A stretch of DNA of 64,000 nt, taken from the NCBI GenBank assembly GCA_963662945.1, contig OY759974.1, positions 2,144,001 through 2,208,000 on the forward strand. The letters are read 5' to 3'. The position numbers and the translations under genes are program-made. Positions 19,879 through 30,047 of the stretch are shown here, piece by piece. Below the pieces are notes generated by a model that saw only the letters and a program-made list of their open reading frames with translations, did no database searches and had not been told where the DNA came from. Every line of letters starts with the position of its first letter. Positions within the stretch are counted from its first letter, which is position 1. The stretch is from Arcobacteraceae bacterium (GTDB lineage: Bacteria; Campylobacterota; Campylobacteria; Campylobacterales; Arcobacteraceae).

Positions 19879-21468
19879 GTGAAAAAACTTTATATTGCAT
19901 CAAATTGGATAAGTTTTTCTACAATCATCACACTTATTTTAGTAACGCCTATTATTTTAATTGTACTGAATGCTTTTGGGACACAAAGTGATACTTTAAT
20001 TCATTTGAAACAAACTGTATTAAATGGTTATATCATCAATACGCTTATATTATTGGTTAGTGTTTCTATTTTAGCTTTTATTTTTGGAGTTGGTGGTGCT
20101 TATTTTGTCACTTTTTATGACTTTAAATTTTCAAAGTTTTTTGCTATTGTTTTGGTATTACCTTTTTTAATTCCTTCTTATATTTTGGGATTTATCTATT
20201 CAGATATTTTTGGGTTTTATGGTATTGTCCATATGTCTTTTATGGATATGGGAGGAAAAAATTATTTTGATATACTTAATATGAAGTCAGTTATCATAAT
20301 ACTTTCACTTGCTTTATATCCGTATATATATCTTATTGTAAAAGCTTCTTTTGCAAAAAATTCTAGTTTTTTACTAAATCCAGCATTATCTTTAGGTGCT
20401 AGTAGATTGAAAATATTTTATAAAATAATTTTACCATTATCTCGTCCTGCGATTATTGGGGCTCTTTCTTTAGTAATGATGGAAACAATTAGTGAATATG
20501 GTTTAGTAAAATATTATGGAGTTGATACTTTAAGTACAGCTGTTTTCACAGCATGGTTTGGCTTAAATGATCCAAATAGTGCTGCATATATTTCAACTAT
20601 AGCTATGGTAATGGTATTTACTATTTTAATAGTTGAAAAACTTAATCGTGGAGATGCAAAGTATAAAATTGAAGCAGTGCCTACTGCTATTAAAAAAATA
20701 AAACCTACAAAAGTAGGGCAGTTGGGTATTATTGTTTTTGTATCATTCCCTTTTGTTTTTGGTTTTTTAATTCCTATTCTTTGGATAGCTTTTTATTCTT
20801 TTGAACACTATACTTTGATTGTACAAAATGAGTTTATAACTACAGTTATAAATAGTTTTATAGCAGCATTTCTTTCCGCATTTTTTATTATTTCTATAGC
20901 TATTCTTTTAGGATATAGTGCAAGAGTGTTTGATAATACTTATATGAAATATCTTTTAAAAGTAGCGACATTGGGATACTCAATTCCAGGTGCAGTTATT
21001 GCTGTTGGTATAATAATTTTAAGCACTTCAATTGATAATTATTTAATTGACATTTTTCAAATCAATGGTTTGGTGTTAGGTGGAACATTATTTATTCTTT
21101 GTTTTGGATATGTAGTGAGATTTTTAGCTGTTGGATTAAATAGTGTTGAATCTTCTTTTGAAAAAATTGGTTTTGGAGTAAATAAAGCTTCAAGAAGTTT
21201 GAATAAATCTCTTTTTCAAACTCTTTTAAAAGTAGATTTACCATTGATAAAAAGTGGAGTTGTGGCAGGTTTTATTCTTGTTTTTATTGATATTTTAAAA
21301 GAGTTACCAGCAACATTGATTTTGCGACCTTTTAACTATGATACATTGGCTACTAAAACTTATGAGTTAGCTTCTATTGAGATGGTACAAGAATCTTCTA
21401 TTTATGCTTTAAGCATTGTTCTAGTTTCCATTATACCAATTATTTTTATACTTAGGAATTATAAATGA
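19879..21468 (+). CDS. fbpB: Fe(III) ABC transporter permease
   Basis: Duplicated permease modules, LYPYIYL, LPLSRPAI, KELPATLILRPFN. Confidence 0.9.
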   Translation: MKKLYIASNWISFSTIITLILVTPIILIVLNAFGTQSDTLIHLKQTVLNGYIINTLILLVSVSILAFIFGVGGAYFVTFYDFKFSKFFAIVLVLPFLIPSYILGFIYSDIFGFYGIVHMSFMDMGGKNYFDILNMKSVIIILSLALYPYIYLIVKASFAKNSSFLLNPALSLGASRLKIFYKIILPLSRPAIIGALSLVMMETISEYGLVKYYGVDTLSTAVFTAWFGLNDPNSAAYISTIAMVMVFTILIVEKLNRGDAKYKIEAVPTAIKKIKPTKVGQLGIIVFVSFPFVFGFLIPILWIAFYSFEHYTLIVQNEFITTVINSFIAAFLSAFFIISIAILLGYSARVFDNTYMKYLLKVATLGYSIPGAVIAVGIIILSTSIDNYLIDIFQINGLVLGGTLFILCFGYVVRFLAVGLNSVESSFEKIGFGVNKASRSLNKSLFQTLLKVDLPLIKSGVVAGFILVFIDILKELPATLILRPFNYDTLATKTYELASIEMVQESSIYALSIVLVSIIPIIFILRNYK

Positions 21469-22415
21469 AACATATCGTATCTTTACAAAATATCTCTAAA
21501 ACTTTTGAAAAAAACAAGGTTTTAGAAAATATCTCTTTAGATATTGATAAAGGGAAAATCATATCTCTTTTAGGAAAAAGTGGAAGTGGTAAGACAACTT
21601 TATTAAATATTATTGCAGGTTTTGAAACAAGTGACAGTGGAATGATGGGATTGAATAACAAAATCATTTTTGATAGCAATAATTTCATTGAACCACAAAA
21701 AAGAAATATAGGTTTTGTATTTCAAAACTATGCACTTTTTCCCCATATGAATATTTTTGACAATGTAACTTTTGGAGTAGATAATAAATCTTTGGAAGAA
21801 AAACAAAAGATTGTAAATGGACTTTTAAAATTGGTAGATTTAGAAGGTTTAGAAAAAAGATACCCACATGAATTATCAGGAGGGCAACAACAAAGAATAG
21901 CACTTATACGTGCTATGGCATTAAATCCTCAACTTATACTTTTAGATGAACCTTTTTCAAGTATAGACAATATGGTGAAATCTACTATACAAAAACAACT
22001 TTTAAGTATACTAAAAAGTAGTCATAAAACAGCTATTATTGTAACTCATGATGCCAATGAAGCAATGGCATTAAGCGATAAGATAATCTATTTAGAAGAG
22101 GGTAAAATAGTCCAATATGATACCCCACAGAATATTTATAAATATCCAAAATCAAAACAAGTTGCAAGTAGTTTTGGAGTAGCTAGTTTTATAGTTAAAG
22201 AGGGAAAAACTTATTGTATTAGACCTACTGATGCAAGTTTTGTGAAAAATGGTACATATAGGACTGTTATAAAAAGTAAATTATTTCAAGGTGAAAAGTA
22301 TATTTATGAGGTAAAGATAAATGATGAAGTTATCATCTTATATTCAACAAATGATATTCAAGAAGAGTATGCAAACATAGAGATAAATTGGGAAAATGCA
22401 TCACTTATTGATTAG
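21465..22415 (+). CDS. fbpC: Fe(III) ABC transporter ATPase
   Basis: GKSGSGKTT, VFQNYALFPH, LSGGQQQR, LLDEPFS. Confidence 0.9.
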   Translation: MKHIVSLQNISKTFEKNKVLENISLDIDKGKIISLLGKSGSGKTTLLNIIAGFETSDSGMMGLNNKIIFDSNNFIEPQKRNIGFVFQNYALFPHMNIFDNVTFGVDNKSLEEKQKIVNGLLKLVDLEGLEKRYPHELSGGQQQRIALIRAMALNPQLILLDEPFSSIDNMVKSTIQKQLLSILKSSHKTAIIVTHDANEAMALSDKIIYLEEGKIVQYDTPQNIYKYPKSKQVASSFGVASFIVKEGKTYCIRPTDASFVKNGTYRTVIKSKLFQGEKYIYEVKINDEVIILYSTNDIQEEYANIEINWENASLID

Positions 22416-24374
22416 TGTTGGTTTCCCAAAATAATATCCTTGTGCATAATCAACACCAACTTCTTTAATTTTTTCAAATACATCTTTTGAATAAACAAAC
22501 TCACCTATTGTTTTAATATTGAGTTTACGTGCAAAATCAACAATTGTTTCAGTAATAATTTTAGAATCATTATTGACATCAATGTTTTTAATCATAGAAG
22601 CATCAATTTTAATATAATCAACTTTTAATTTCATAAGATATTCAAAGTTTGAATATCCAGTACCGAAGTCATCAATTGATATTTTACATCCATAAGGTTT
22701 AATTTCATTTATAAACTCTACTACTTTTTCAAAGTTTTCTATACCTTCTGACTCTATGATCTCAAAAACTATTTTATTTCCAATATTACTTTGTTTAAGT
22801 CTTTGTTTTATTAGTGTCACAATCTCTTGATTTAAGATATCATCTACACTTAAATTAATTGAAACCATACAATCTAAATTTTTAAAAGTATCAAAAGTTT
22901 TGTTAATAATGATTGTTGTCAATGCACTGTAAAGTTTATTCTTTTTTGCTAATTCAAGAAAATAAGCAGGAGCTATATATTCCCCATTGTCATCTAACAT
23001 TCTCATTAAAGACTCATATTTTACAATTTTCTGAGTTTGACAATCAACAATTGGTTGAAAGAGTGGTACAATTTTGTCATTTTGTATTGCATCTTTAATT
23101 TTTTTTGTCCATTTAAGATTTTGTTCATATTCATGTTCAACTTGCATCGATGGATCATAAATCAAAAAGTGTTGTTTTCTTTTTTTTGCAATTTTAAGGG
23201 CGATATCTGCATTTGTTAAAAGAGAATGATCACCATGTGCAATTCCTATAGTACAGTTTATAAAAATACTATTGTGTAGGTTATCAATATCAAAATTTTC
23301 TTTATTGAGTTTAGAAAGAAGTGTATTTGTGAAAGTTTCAAAATAAGCTAAATCATAATTTTGATTAAATAATATTGCATATTCATCAGCATTAAGTTTA
23401 AAAAGTATTGTATCTTTTTCAAGTTTTTCATTTAAAAATAATGCAAGTTGTTTAAGTATCTCATCACCAACAATGTGACCATAAAGATCATTTATCTCTT
23501 GAAATTTATCTATATTAAGAAGCATTAGTACATAATAGTGTTGTTGGTCAAGGTATTCTATGAGTTTTCTTCTATTAGGTAGTTGTGTTAGATGATCATT
23601 ATAAAATTGAAACTCTATTGAATCTAACATCGTATTAAATACTTCTTGCATAGACCCTATCTCTTCAACATTATCAATAATATTTATTCTTTCACTTAAA
23701 TCGTGACTTTTAGAGATATTATGTATAACTTTAACAAAGTTTTTGATTGGTTGGAGAAGATGTTTATTAAATTCAAAAAAAAGTATCATAAATAATACGG
23801 TAGTGAAAATTATTATAAAATAAATAAAAAAGTTAATCATCTCACTAAGAGAAACTTTTAAATCAACTACAGGGTAGGTTATGTTGATTACTCCAAGTAT
23901 ATCTTTTTCTTTTGCACTTAAGTGACATTTTAAACACTCTTCTTTTGCAATAATTGGATAAAAGTATTCAATATTTTCATTTTCTAAAATATTAAGAACT
24001 TCTTCTCCCTTTAATGCAGTTTGTATTTTTGTATTACTTTCTCTTGCTAGTTTATCTTTTTGAAAATCATCAAAATCTTTTACAACAATTTCAGAACGAA
24101 ATACATCAATTTTTAAATCTTTATTCACTTGATTTAATCTGTAAACTATTTGTGCTAACTCTTCTTTATTCCAACCTTTTGCCATAGCTGAATATAAAGA
24201 TTCAAAGATAAACATACTTGTTTGTTTTGCATCTACTTTAGAAAGTTTATGAATAGAGTCTCGTTTTAAATATTCCCCATATAAATAAGCAACAAATAGA
24301 GTCAGTATTAAAGTAATAGCCATTATTTTTGCTGTAATTTTAGTATATGATGTTTTATTGATAGTATTTCCCAC
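22401..24374 (-). CDS. Membrane sensor: periplasmic CXXCH domain, HAMP, degenerate GGDEF and EAL (probable c-di-GMP phosphodiesterase)
   Basis: Two TMs flanking ECLKCH; NADEY replaces GGDEF; ESL and DDFGTGYSNF...KIDAS...QGYYF. Confidence 0.85.
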   Translation of the reverse strand: MGNTINKTSYTKITAKIMAITLILTLFVAYLYGEYLKRDSIHKLSKVDAKQTSMFIFESLYSAMAKGWNKEELAQIVYRLNQVNKDLKIDVFRSEIVVKDFDDFQKDKLARESNTKIQTALKGEEVLNILENENIEYFYPIIAKEECLKCHLSAKEKDILGVINITYPVVDLKVSLSEMINFFIYFIIIFTTVLFMILFFEFNKHLLQPIKNFVKVIHNISKSHDLSERINIIDNVEEIGSMQEVFNTMLDSIEFQFYNDHLTQLPNRRKLIEYLDQQHYYVLMLLNIDKFQEINDLYGHIVGDEILKQLALFLNEKLEKDTILFKLNADEYAILFNQNYDLAYFETFTNTLLSKLNKENFDIDNLHNSIFINCTIGIAHGDHSLLTNADIALKIAKKRKQHFLIYDPSMQVEHEYEQNLKWTKKIKDAIQNDKIVPLFQPIVDCQTQKIVKYESLMRMLDDNGEYIAPAYFLELAKKNKLYSALTTIIINKTFDTFKNLDCMVSINLSVDDILNQEIVTLIKQRLKQSNIGNKIVFEIIESEGIENFEKVVEFINEIKPYGCKISIDDFGTGYSNFEYLMKLKVDYIKIDASMIKNIDVNNDSKIITETIVDFARKLNIKTIGEFVYSKDVFEKIKEVGVDYAQGYYFGKPTLINK

Positions 24375-24491
24375 GCAAAATCCAAAGTATTAAATTAGAT
24401 TAATAGTATCGAAAAATAATACATTTATCCCTTAAAGAGTCTCAAAAAAGTTTTAAAATTTTTGATTGAAAATTGATATTAAAAAAAGGAG

Positions 24492-24518
24492 AAAAAAGGT
24501 CTTAAGATGACCTTTTTT
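24492..24518 (-). terminator. Intrinsic (bidirectional-type) terminator
   Basis: AAAAAAGGTC-TTAAGAT-GACCTTTTTT right after the stop of 24523-25089. Confidence 0.75.
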
Positions 24519-24522
24519 ATTT

Positions 24523-25089
24523 TTATACAGCACCCATTAGTACTTTTGTGCTTTCTCCAATTAGTTCACACATTTCTTCATAAGATTTTGATTTCTCTTC
24601 AACATCTGCTTCAAGTAATTCTTCATAAAGTTTTTCAATTTTATCTTCATTGCTTTTGATTGATTTCATATCTGATTTATCTAAATCAGCTAAATCTAAT
24701 AATTCATTCCAAACTGAACTTTCATCAAGCATAAAAGCTGTGAATTTTACACCTTCGTATTCAAATGTACCATTTCCTTCTAAGTCTGTTACATATAAAA
24801 GATTTAATCCATCTTTGCTAAAAAATTGTTTGTATTTTTCAAAAAGAGGTTTGAAATGATTAAAACTTTCTAACTCACAAGCAAAAAATTTGATTGCTTC
24901 ACCTTCATTAATCATAATAACTTGTCTTGCTTGGATTTTTGGAGGTAATTTTCTATCTGGGCTTAATTGTTTTCCCTCTTCAACTATCATAGCTCCTCTG
25001 TAACCATAAAGTCCGTTACTTAATTCACCACTAAAAGATGGTTGCCAATCTAATTCATTTTCTTTCATATACTCAATAACAGTTGCCAT
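24523..25089 (-). CDS. Hypothetical acidic protein (188 aa)
   Basis: AAGGA RBS, own promoter and terminator; no family recognised. Confidence 0.75.
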   Translation of the reverse strand: MATVIEYMKENELDWQPSFSGELSNGLYGYRGAMIVEEGKQLSPDRKLPPKIQARQVIMINEGEAIKFFACELESFNHFKPLFEKYKQFFSKDGLNLLYVTDLEGNGTFEYEGVKFTAFMLDESSVWNELLDLADLDKSDMKSIKSNEDKIEKLYEELLEADVEEKSKSYEEMCELIGESTKVLMGAV

Positions 25090-25122
25090 TGTAATTCCTT
25101 GTTGTAATTTATCAATTGGCTA

Positions 25123-25139
25123 TGCAAGTATTGTTCCAA
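25123..25139 (-). promoter_or_regulatory. Sigma54 (-24/-12) promoter
   Basis: Minus strand TTGGAACAATACTTGCA (GG-N10-GC). Confidence 0.8.
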
Positions 25140-25156
25140 AATGTATTATTGAAATA

Positions 25157-26224
25157 TTATACGGCAATATCTATAGAATTTACCATACCAGCTCCACTTC
25201 CATCTTCTTTAAGAAAAACTCCATTACTTTTTTGTACGGCTTCTGTGTTGTCAATACTACTTTGGTATTTAAAGCCACTTTGCACATCTCCTAAATAGAT
25301 TGCACCAACATTTAAATCAAGTAATGAAACGAGTTTACCTTCACCTTGTTCATCTATTTGCCAAATTTTTAATTTGTTAAAAACGTCATCATTTTCATCT
25401 ATCCAGTTATTATGGTCTTTATCATAAATAGACAAATCTTTAAACCCATTTCCTGATTCTGTTCCAAATAGTTCACTACCATTATCTATAATGCCATTTT
25501 CATTTTTATCTAAAGCTAAATATCCAGCACCTTGTTTTAACATTGGAATTAAATCTTTTTTTCCATCATTATTTAAGTCAAATTCAAATTTTAATTCACT
25601 TAAATTTTCAAAAGGATTAACATCGTCATCATAGTTAATCACTAATGGGTCAAGGAAACTTTCATCTCCTATAGATATTCTTGTGCTATGTGATTCGTAT
25701 AATTCTTTGGAATAAGAGATAGATAAATTAATATTAAAACTTTTATTTGGAGTTTTTATTTCTAGTGAGGTACTAAAATCTACAGTTTGTTTTTGATAGT
25801 ACTCTTCTGTTTGTTTATAAACCATTCCAAAAAGTCCACTATTATTTTGTGTTCCATTGTCTCTTTGTACATAAGGATTTTGTTGAGGATAATCTAGACT
25901 AACAGATTTGCTTTTTGGATACATATCTATGGTGGTTTTATCTCCATAAAGTCGACCTAAAAGCTTTTCTATTAGAAGTTTTTTTATTCTATCTTCAAGA
26001 CTCATCGTATCTTCATAATCATAAATGATTCTACTTGAAGATACAGTTGTTGTTTGAGAATAATTAAAATCAAGAAAAAAAGCATTACTCTGTTGACTTT
26101 TATTTGCTTCTTCTTGATTTGCATTATTTTGCCCAAAGTGTATTCTTAAATCAGTAGTCGTAGAATGTGAGTACTGAAATGTTGATTCACTGTACATATT
26201 GACGTTTGCACTTTCTATTTTCAT
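25157..26224 (-). CDS. Hypothetical protein with DxNxDG Ca-binding (EF-hand/VCBS-like) C-terminal module
   Basis: DPLVIN, FDLNNDGKKD, LALDKNENGIIDNGSELFG, YDKDHNNWIDEND..FNKLKIW. Confidence 0.75.
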   Translation of the reverse strand: MKIESANVNMYSESTFQYSHSTTTDLRIHFGQNNANQEEANKSQQSNAFFLDFNYSQTTTVSSSRIIYDYEDTMSLEDRIKKLLIEKLLGRLYGDKTTIDMYPKSKSVSLDYPQQNPYVQRDNGTQNNSGLFGMVYKQTEEYYQKQTVDFSTSLEIKTPNKSFNINLSISYSKELYESHSTRISIGDESFLDPLVINYDDDVNPFENLSELKFEFDLNNDGKKDLIPMLKQGAGYLALDKNENGIIDNGSELFGTESGNGFKDLSIYDKDHNNWIDENDDVFNKLKIWQIDEQGEGKLVSLLDLNVGAIYLGDVQSGFKYQSSIDNTEAVQKSNGVFLKEDGSGAGMVNSIDIAV

Positions 26225-26256
26225 TAAAAACTCCTTAATTTAAACTATATCAAAGA

Positions 26257-26285
26257 ATTGTATAATAAAAAAGGGTCTTTGTCAA
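26257..26285 (-). promoter_or_regulatory. Sigma70 promoter
   Basis: Minus strand TTGACA-N17-TACAAT upstream of 26224. Confidence 0.7.
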
Positions 26286-26313
26286 TACCTATTATTATAA
26301 TTTTTAAAATTAT

Positions 26314-27129
26314 CTAGTTTGGTTTTTTATATCCTAACTTTGTCATAATATCCATAGGACTCATATCATAGTTTTCTGCAACTTCTTTAAATTTATCATC
26401 TTCAGAAGCTTCTATGCCTAAAGCTTTTAGTTTATCCAGTAATTCTTTTGGAGATATATTTAAAGCCATTGCTACATCTTTAATTTTCTTTTTTCCTAAT
26501 CCTGTAAGAGCAACTATTTTTTCTCCACTTGCTTCAAAGTTCTTTTTTAAAAGACTATAAATAAATTGTGGACTAACATTATTTTCTTTTGCTATTTGAG
26601 ATAAGCTTTTTTCTAGTTCATATACAATATTATTTTTTTTGAGTATCTCTTCACTTTTTTCTAAATTAAAACCAACTTTTTTACAAAAGCTTTTTAATGA
26701 TGAGAGTTCTGCATGAGAATAGGGTGCTGTACCATATTGTTTTTCCCAACTCTCTTTTATATCAGAACCAAAATCTAAAAATGTAGAAAATGGTGTAATT
26801 TGGTAGAGAGTACCTGTTAAAAATACTATAGTTAATAAAATAGCTATAATCATATCTTGAGTAAATACTATCATCTCTTTGGCAGTATTTTTCATATAAC
26901 TTGTCATTGGCTTCCAATTATAAAAAACATGTAGTATAGTTGCTATAATAAAAAGAACCATAAAAGTTGAATGTATATCAGCATATTGAGTTTTAGTCAA
27001 TCCTAAAAGTTCCCAATTTGCCCAATTTGCAATTCTTCCAGGAGGTGTTATAAATAACATAATACCAGTATAAGTCATAACTATCATTGATAGTAACATT
27101 GTGAGTGAAGTTGTTTTTTTAAGGTTCAT
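26314..27129 (-). CDS. DUF4405-like membrane protein with helical repeat tail
   Basis: TGIMLFITPPGRIANW, IH...LH.FYNWK, PYSHAELSSL. Confidence 0.7.
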   Translation of the reverse strand: MNLKKTTSLTMLLSMIVMTYTGIMLFITPPGRIANWANWELLGLTKTQYADIHSTFMVLFIIATILHVFYNWKPMTSYMKNTAKEMIVFTQDMIIAILLTIVFLTGTLYQITPFSTFLDFGSDIKESWEKQYGTAPYSHAELSSLKSFCKKVGFNLEKSEEILKKNNIVYELEKSLSQIAKENNVSPQFIYSLLKKNFEASGEKIVALTGLGKKKIKDVAMALNISPKELLDKLKALGIEASEDDKFKEVAENYDMSPMDIMTKLGYKKPN

Positions 27130-27140
27130 CTAAAATCCTT

Positions 27141-27638
27141 TTAAAGTTTATTGAGTGTTAAAAACAGTTTACCTTGTATTATAGCAAAGAATAGGATATA
27201 TAAAGTCATTAAGATAGTAAAGTGAATTCCAAATATTCCTATCATAAAAGGAAGCATAGGTATTTTTATAGCACGTGCATAAAAGAAAATTATAAGAAGT
27301 TCATCTTTGACACCTTCCTCTCTTAATTCAGATATTAAACCATACCACGCATACATTGGACCATGACTTATAATACCAGCTACTAATGCGTAGAAAATTC
27401 CTTTTTTTCCACTATTTTCTCCAAAATGTTTGATGATATCTTTTGGTTTTAAAAAATAGTTAATAAATGCAGTTAAAATGATGATAAAGATAAATATAGG
27501 TATGAGTGTATAAAGTATTGAAAAAAAAGATTTTAGGGAGATAAGAGCATTATTTGTGTCAAAAAGCAATAATAAAATATATGTGAAGATAACCACATAT
27601 AAAAATTTTAATCCTTTATATTCTATGGTGTTTTTCAT
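27141..27638 (-). CDS. Predicted permease (DUF318-type half)
   Basis: GIISHGPMYAWY, RAIKIPMLP; hydrophobic. Confidence 0.7.
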   Translation of the reverse strand: MKNTIEYKGLKFLYVVIFTYILLLLFDTNNALISLKSFFSILYTLIPIFIFIIILTAFINYFLKPKDIIKHFGENSGKKGIFYALVAGIISHGPMYAWYGLISELREEGVKDELLIIFFYARAIKIPMLPFMIGIFGIHFTILMTLYILFFAIIQGKLFLTLNKL

Positions 27639-28078
27639 CTAAAAATCTCTAAAGTTAAAACAGTGAGATATGCAACAAACATTGTTGCTCCTAAAGTTAA
27701 AATATTTTTATAAAAAGTAAATTTTAAACCAAATACACTCACCTCTGCTGGAAGTTGGACAATACCCAGTGTTACCCAAGAAAGGATAAAGGCACTGACC
27801 GCGTATAATGATACACCTTGGGTTAGTAATTGATCACTTATGATATAACTAACAGCAGGATTTCCAGATGAAATAGCTCCTATAAAAGTACCTGTAAAAA
27901 TATCAGTTATTTTTCCATATCCAAAAAGATGGGCTAACATATCTGGTGTTATATAGGTTTGCAAAATTCCAATAAACCCAATAACTCCCAACAGCATAGG
28001 TATCATTGATAAAAAATTGTCTAGTGCTTTTTTTAAAGCAAATTTTGGCGTCATATTTTCTTTAATTTTTGTATCCAT
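27635..28078 (-). CDS. Predicted permease (DUF318-type half)
   Basis: GAISSGNPAVSY, SWVTLGIVQLPAE. Confidence 0.7.
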   Translation of the reverse strand: MDTKIKENMTPKFALKKALDNFLSMIPMLLGVIGFIGILQTYITPDMLAHLFGYGKITDIFTGTFIGAISSGNPAVSYIISDQLLTQGVSLYAVSAFILSWVTLGIVQLPAEVSVFGLKFTFYKNILTLGATMFVAYLTVLTLEIFR

Positions 28079-28199
28079 TTCTATTCTTTTATAGTATTTT
28101 ATAAATTTTATCGCAAATCTTCTATAAAAGATATTTTTTCATATTTATATTAAGTTCCCCTATGATAATATTCTAAAAATTTTAATATAAGATTTACCT

Positions 28200-28718
28200 A
28201 TGAAAAAAATAGAAAAAACAAATACACCGAATTTCATCGATAGAATATTTAAGAAACTCAGTAATATTGATAAAATACTAGAAAATAAAATAGATAAAAT
28301 TTTATTACAATTGATTAATATTTTAAGATATGTTTTTATTATAACAATGATGTTGTACTTATTTATTTGTATTATGAGTTTATCACATAAAATTATTTCC
28401 CTTACAATTAGTCAAGGTGCTTTAGATTTTCAATCAATAAAAATGATTTTAACTGATGGTTTATTTACTCTAATTGTTATTGCAATTGTAAAAACACTGT
28501 TTATTAAAAATGGTTATGATTATGCATTGACATTTTTAGAGATAGGATTTGTTGTTGTAATACGAAAATTAATTCTTTTAGATGCCTCCCCTGAAGAAGC
28601 TATGATGACAATGACATTAGGCGCGACATCTGCTTTATTTTTTATTCTAATTGTGTATGTGCATAATATAAAAAATAAAGCAAAAAAAGAGGAAGAGTTA
28701 CTTTCCAATAGCAAGTAG
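28200..28718 (+). CDS. PsiE-family membrane protein
   Basis: Four TMs, FLEIGFVVVIRKLIL. Confidence 0.6.
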   Translation: MKKIEKTNTPNFIDRIFKKLSNIDKILENKIDKILLQLINILRYVFIITMMLYLFICIMSLSHKIISLTISQGALDFQSIKMILTDGLFTLIVIAIVKTLFIKNGYDYALTFLEIGFVVVIRKLILLDASPEEAMMTMTLGATSALFFILIVYVHNIKNKAKKEEELLSNSK

Positions 28719-29954
28719 ATAGAGAATATTATTCTCTGTCTTTAAAAACTCTTTTGTTTCCTCATCATAATAAGCTCCAATCCCACTACAACCTATTTCT
28801 CTTAGTTCTGATTTTAAATAAATAATTTGTGCAATAAATCCACTTAAAATATTTACTTTTTGGTATGCATGATTTTCATTTGAAGTGAAGTAAAAAGTTA
28901 CTGCACTTTGTCCTCCAAGGTTTTGTTCTAAGCTTAAATAACGAGATCTTGCACTAAAATCACCTTCACTTTGAAGTTGATTATTTTTATATAAGCCTTG
29001 AGCCATTCCTTGCACTCTATGAACAGTATAAAATATATCAATATTATTAGAAGTAGCAAATGTAAAAAGACTTTGCGTGATAAATGCAAAATCACTTTCT
29101 TCTATAGGTAGTTCTCTAAATGCTCTAATAGAACGACGATTTAAAATAGCACTTTTTAGCTGTTCTTTAGGAATTGAATCAAAAAAAGTTAGATTCGTAA
29201 TATCATCGCTTAGATAGTTTGCAGTTTGTTTATATTCTTTTTCTATAAATTGATTTGTTTCTAAAAAATCACAACCACTCACAAATGGTAATCGTTGTCG
29301 TAAAGGTTTTGTTTCTTTATCAGTTTGAGTTGTTGAAGAGATTACACAAGTAAACATCTCATCATCTCTAAACCCAAAGATATCATTTAAACTAAGTTTA
29401 TCAAAATCAAACACTATTTTTGATTCTTTCTCCATTACACAAAGTGCTGCATAAATGCTTCCTAAAGCATGACCAGAATCTAGAAAAATATATCGAATAC
29501 TTCTATCTCTATATTTCCACGAACTTCTAAAATAAATAGAAGAGATTAAAAAAGTAATCCCTTTTTGTTTTGATTTATCTTTAAAATAATATTCGACTCC
29601 ATCATTGTCAATTTCTTGGAGTAAACATAATGATTTAGTATGAGGTTCATAATGATATACACCACTTATCAGTCCATTGATACCTCTTAATTGTACATAT
29701 ATTTCACAAGGATATAAAGCTCCTGCACTAGGATTTGTTCTAAGATAATATTTCCCCTCAGGATACTCTTTTTCAAAAGTAATCCCACCTATTAGATTGA
29801 GATTTTTTAACTCAGGATAATCATCTATAAAAAATCTTTGAGAAAAATGAGGATAAGTTTTAAAGTTTTTAGGTTGCGTTCTCCAATCTAAAAAGTTGGC
29901 ATTTTTACGAATACTCATATAAGAATGGTTTGTTTTATTATGTTGATGTGACAT
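28698..29954 (-). CDS. SagB/ThcOx-type nitroreductase-family protein
   Basis: LRTNPSAGALYPCEIY, WKYRDRSIRYIFLDSGH, RRSIRAF, GCSGIGAYYD. Confidence 0.85.
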   Translation of the reverse strand: MSHQHNKTNHSYMSIRKNANFLDWRTQPKNFKTYPHFSQRFFIDDYPELKNLNLIGGITFEKEYPEGKYYLRTNPSAGALYPCEIYVQLRGINGLISGVYHYEPHTKSLCLLQEIDNDGVEYYFKDKSKQKGITFLISSIYFRSSWKYRDRSIRYIFLDSGHALGSIYAALCVMEKESKIVFDFDKLSLNDIFGFRDDEMFTCVISSTTQTDKETKPLRQRLPFVSGCDFLETNQFIEKEYKQTANYLSDDITNLTFFDSIPKEQLKSAILNRRSIRAFRELPIEESDFAFITQSLFTFATSNNIDIFYTVHRVQGMAQGLYKNNQLQSEGDFSARSRYLSLEQNLGGQSAVTFYFTSNENHAYQKVNILSGFIAQIIYLKSELREIGCSGIGAYYDEETKEFLKTENNILYLLAIGK

Positions 29955-30047
29955 TATTATAAATCCTTTAAATTGGATTATACATATTATATACCATAAT
30001 TATATTTAACTATTTAGTTACTAAAAAATTTTATAAATTTTTTTATT

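Noticed and set aside
29981-29996. Sigma54-like TGGTATATAATATGTA upstream of the SagB gene
   Set aside because: -12 element is GT, not GC, and TATAAT boxes explain the region as sigma70
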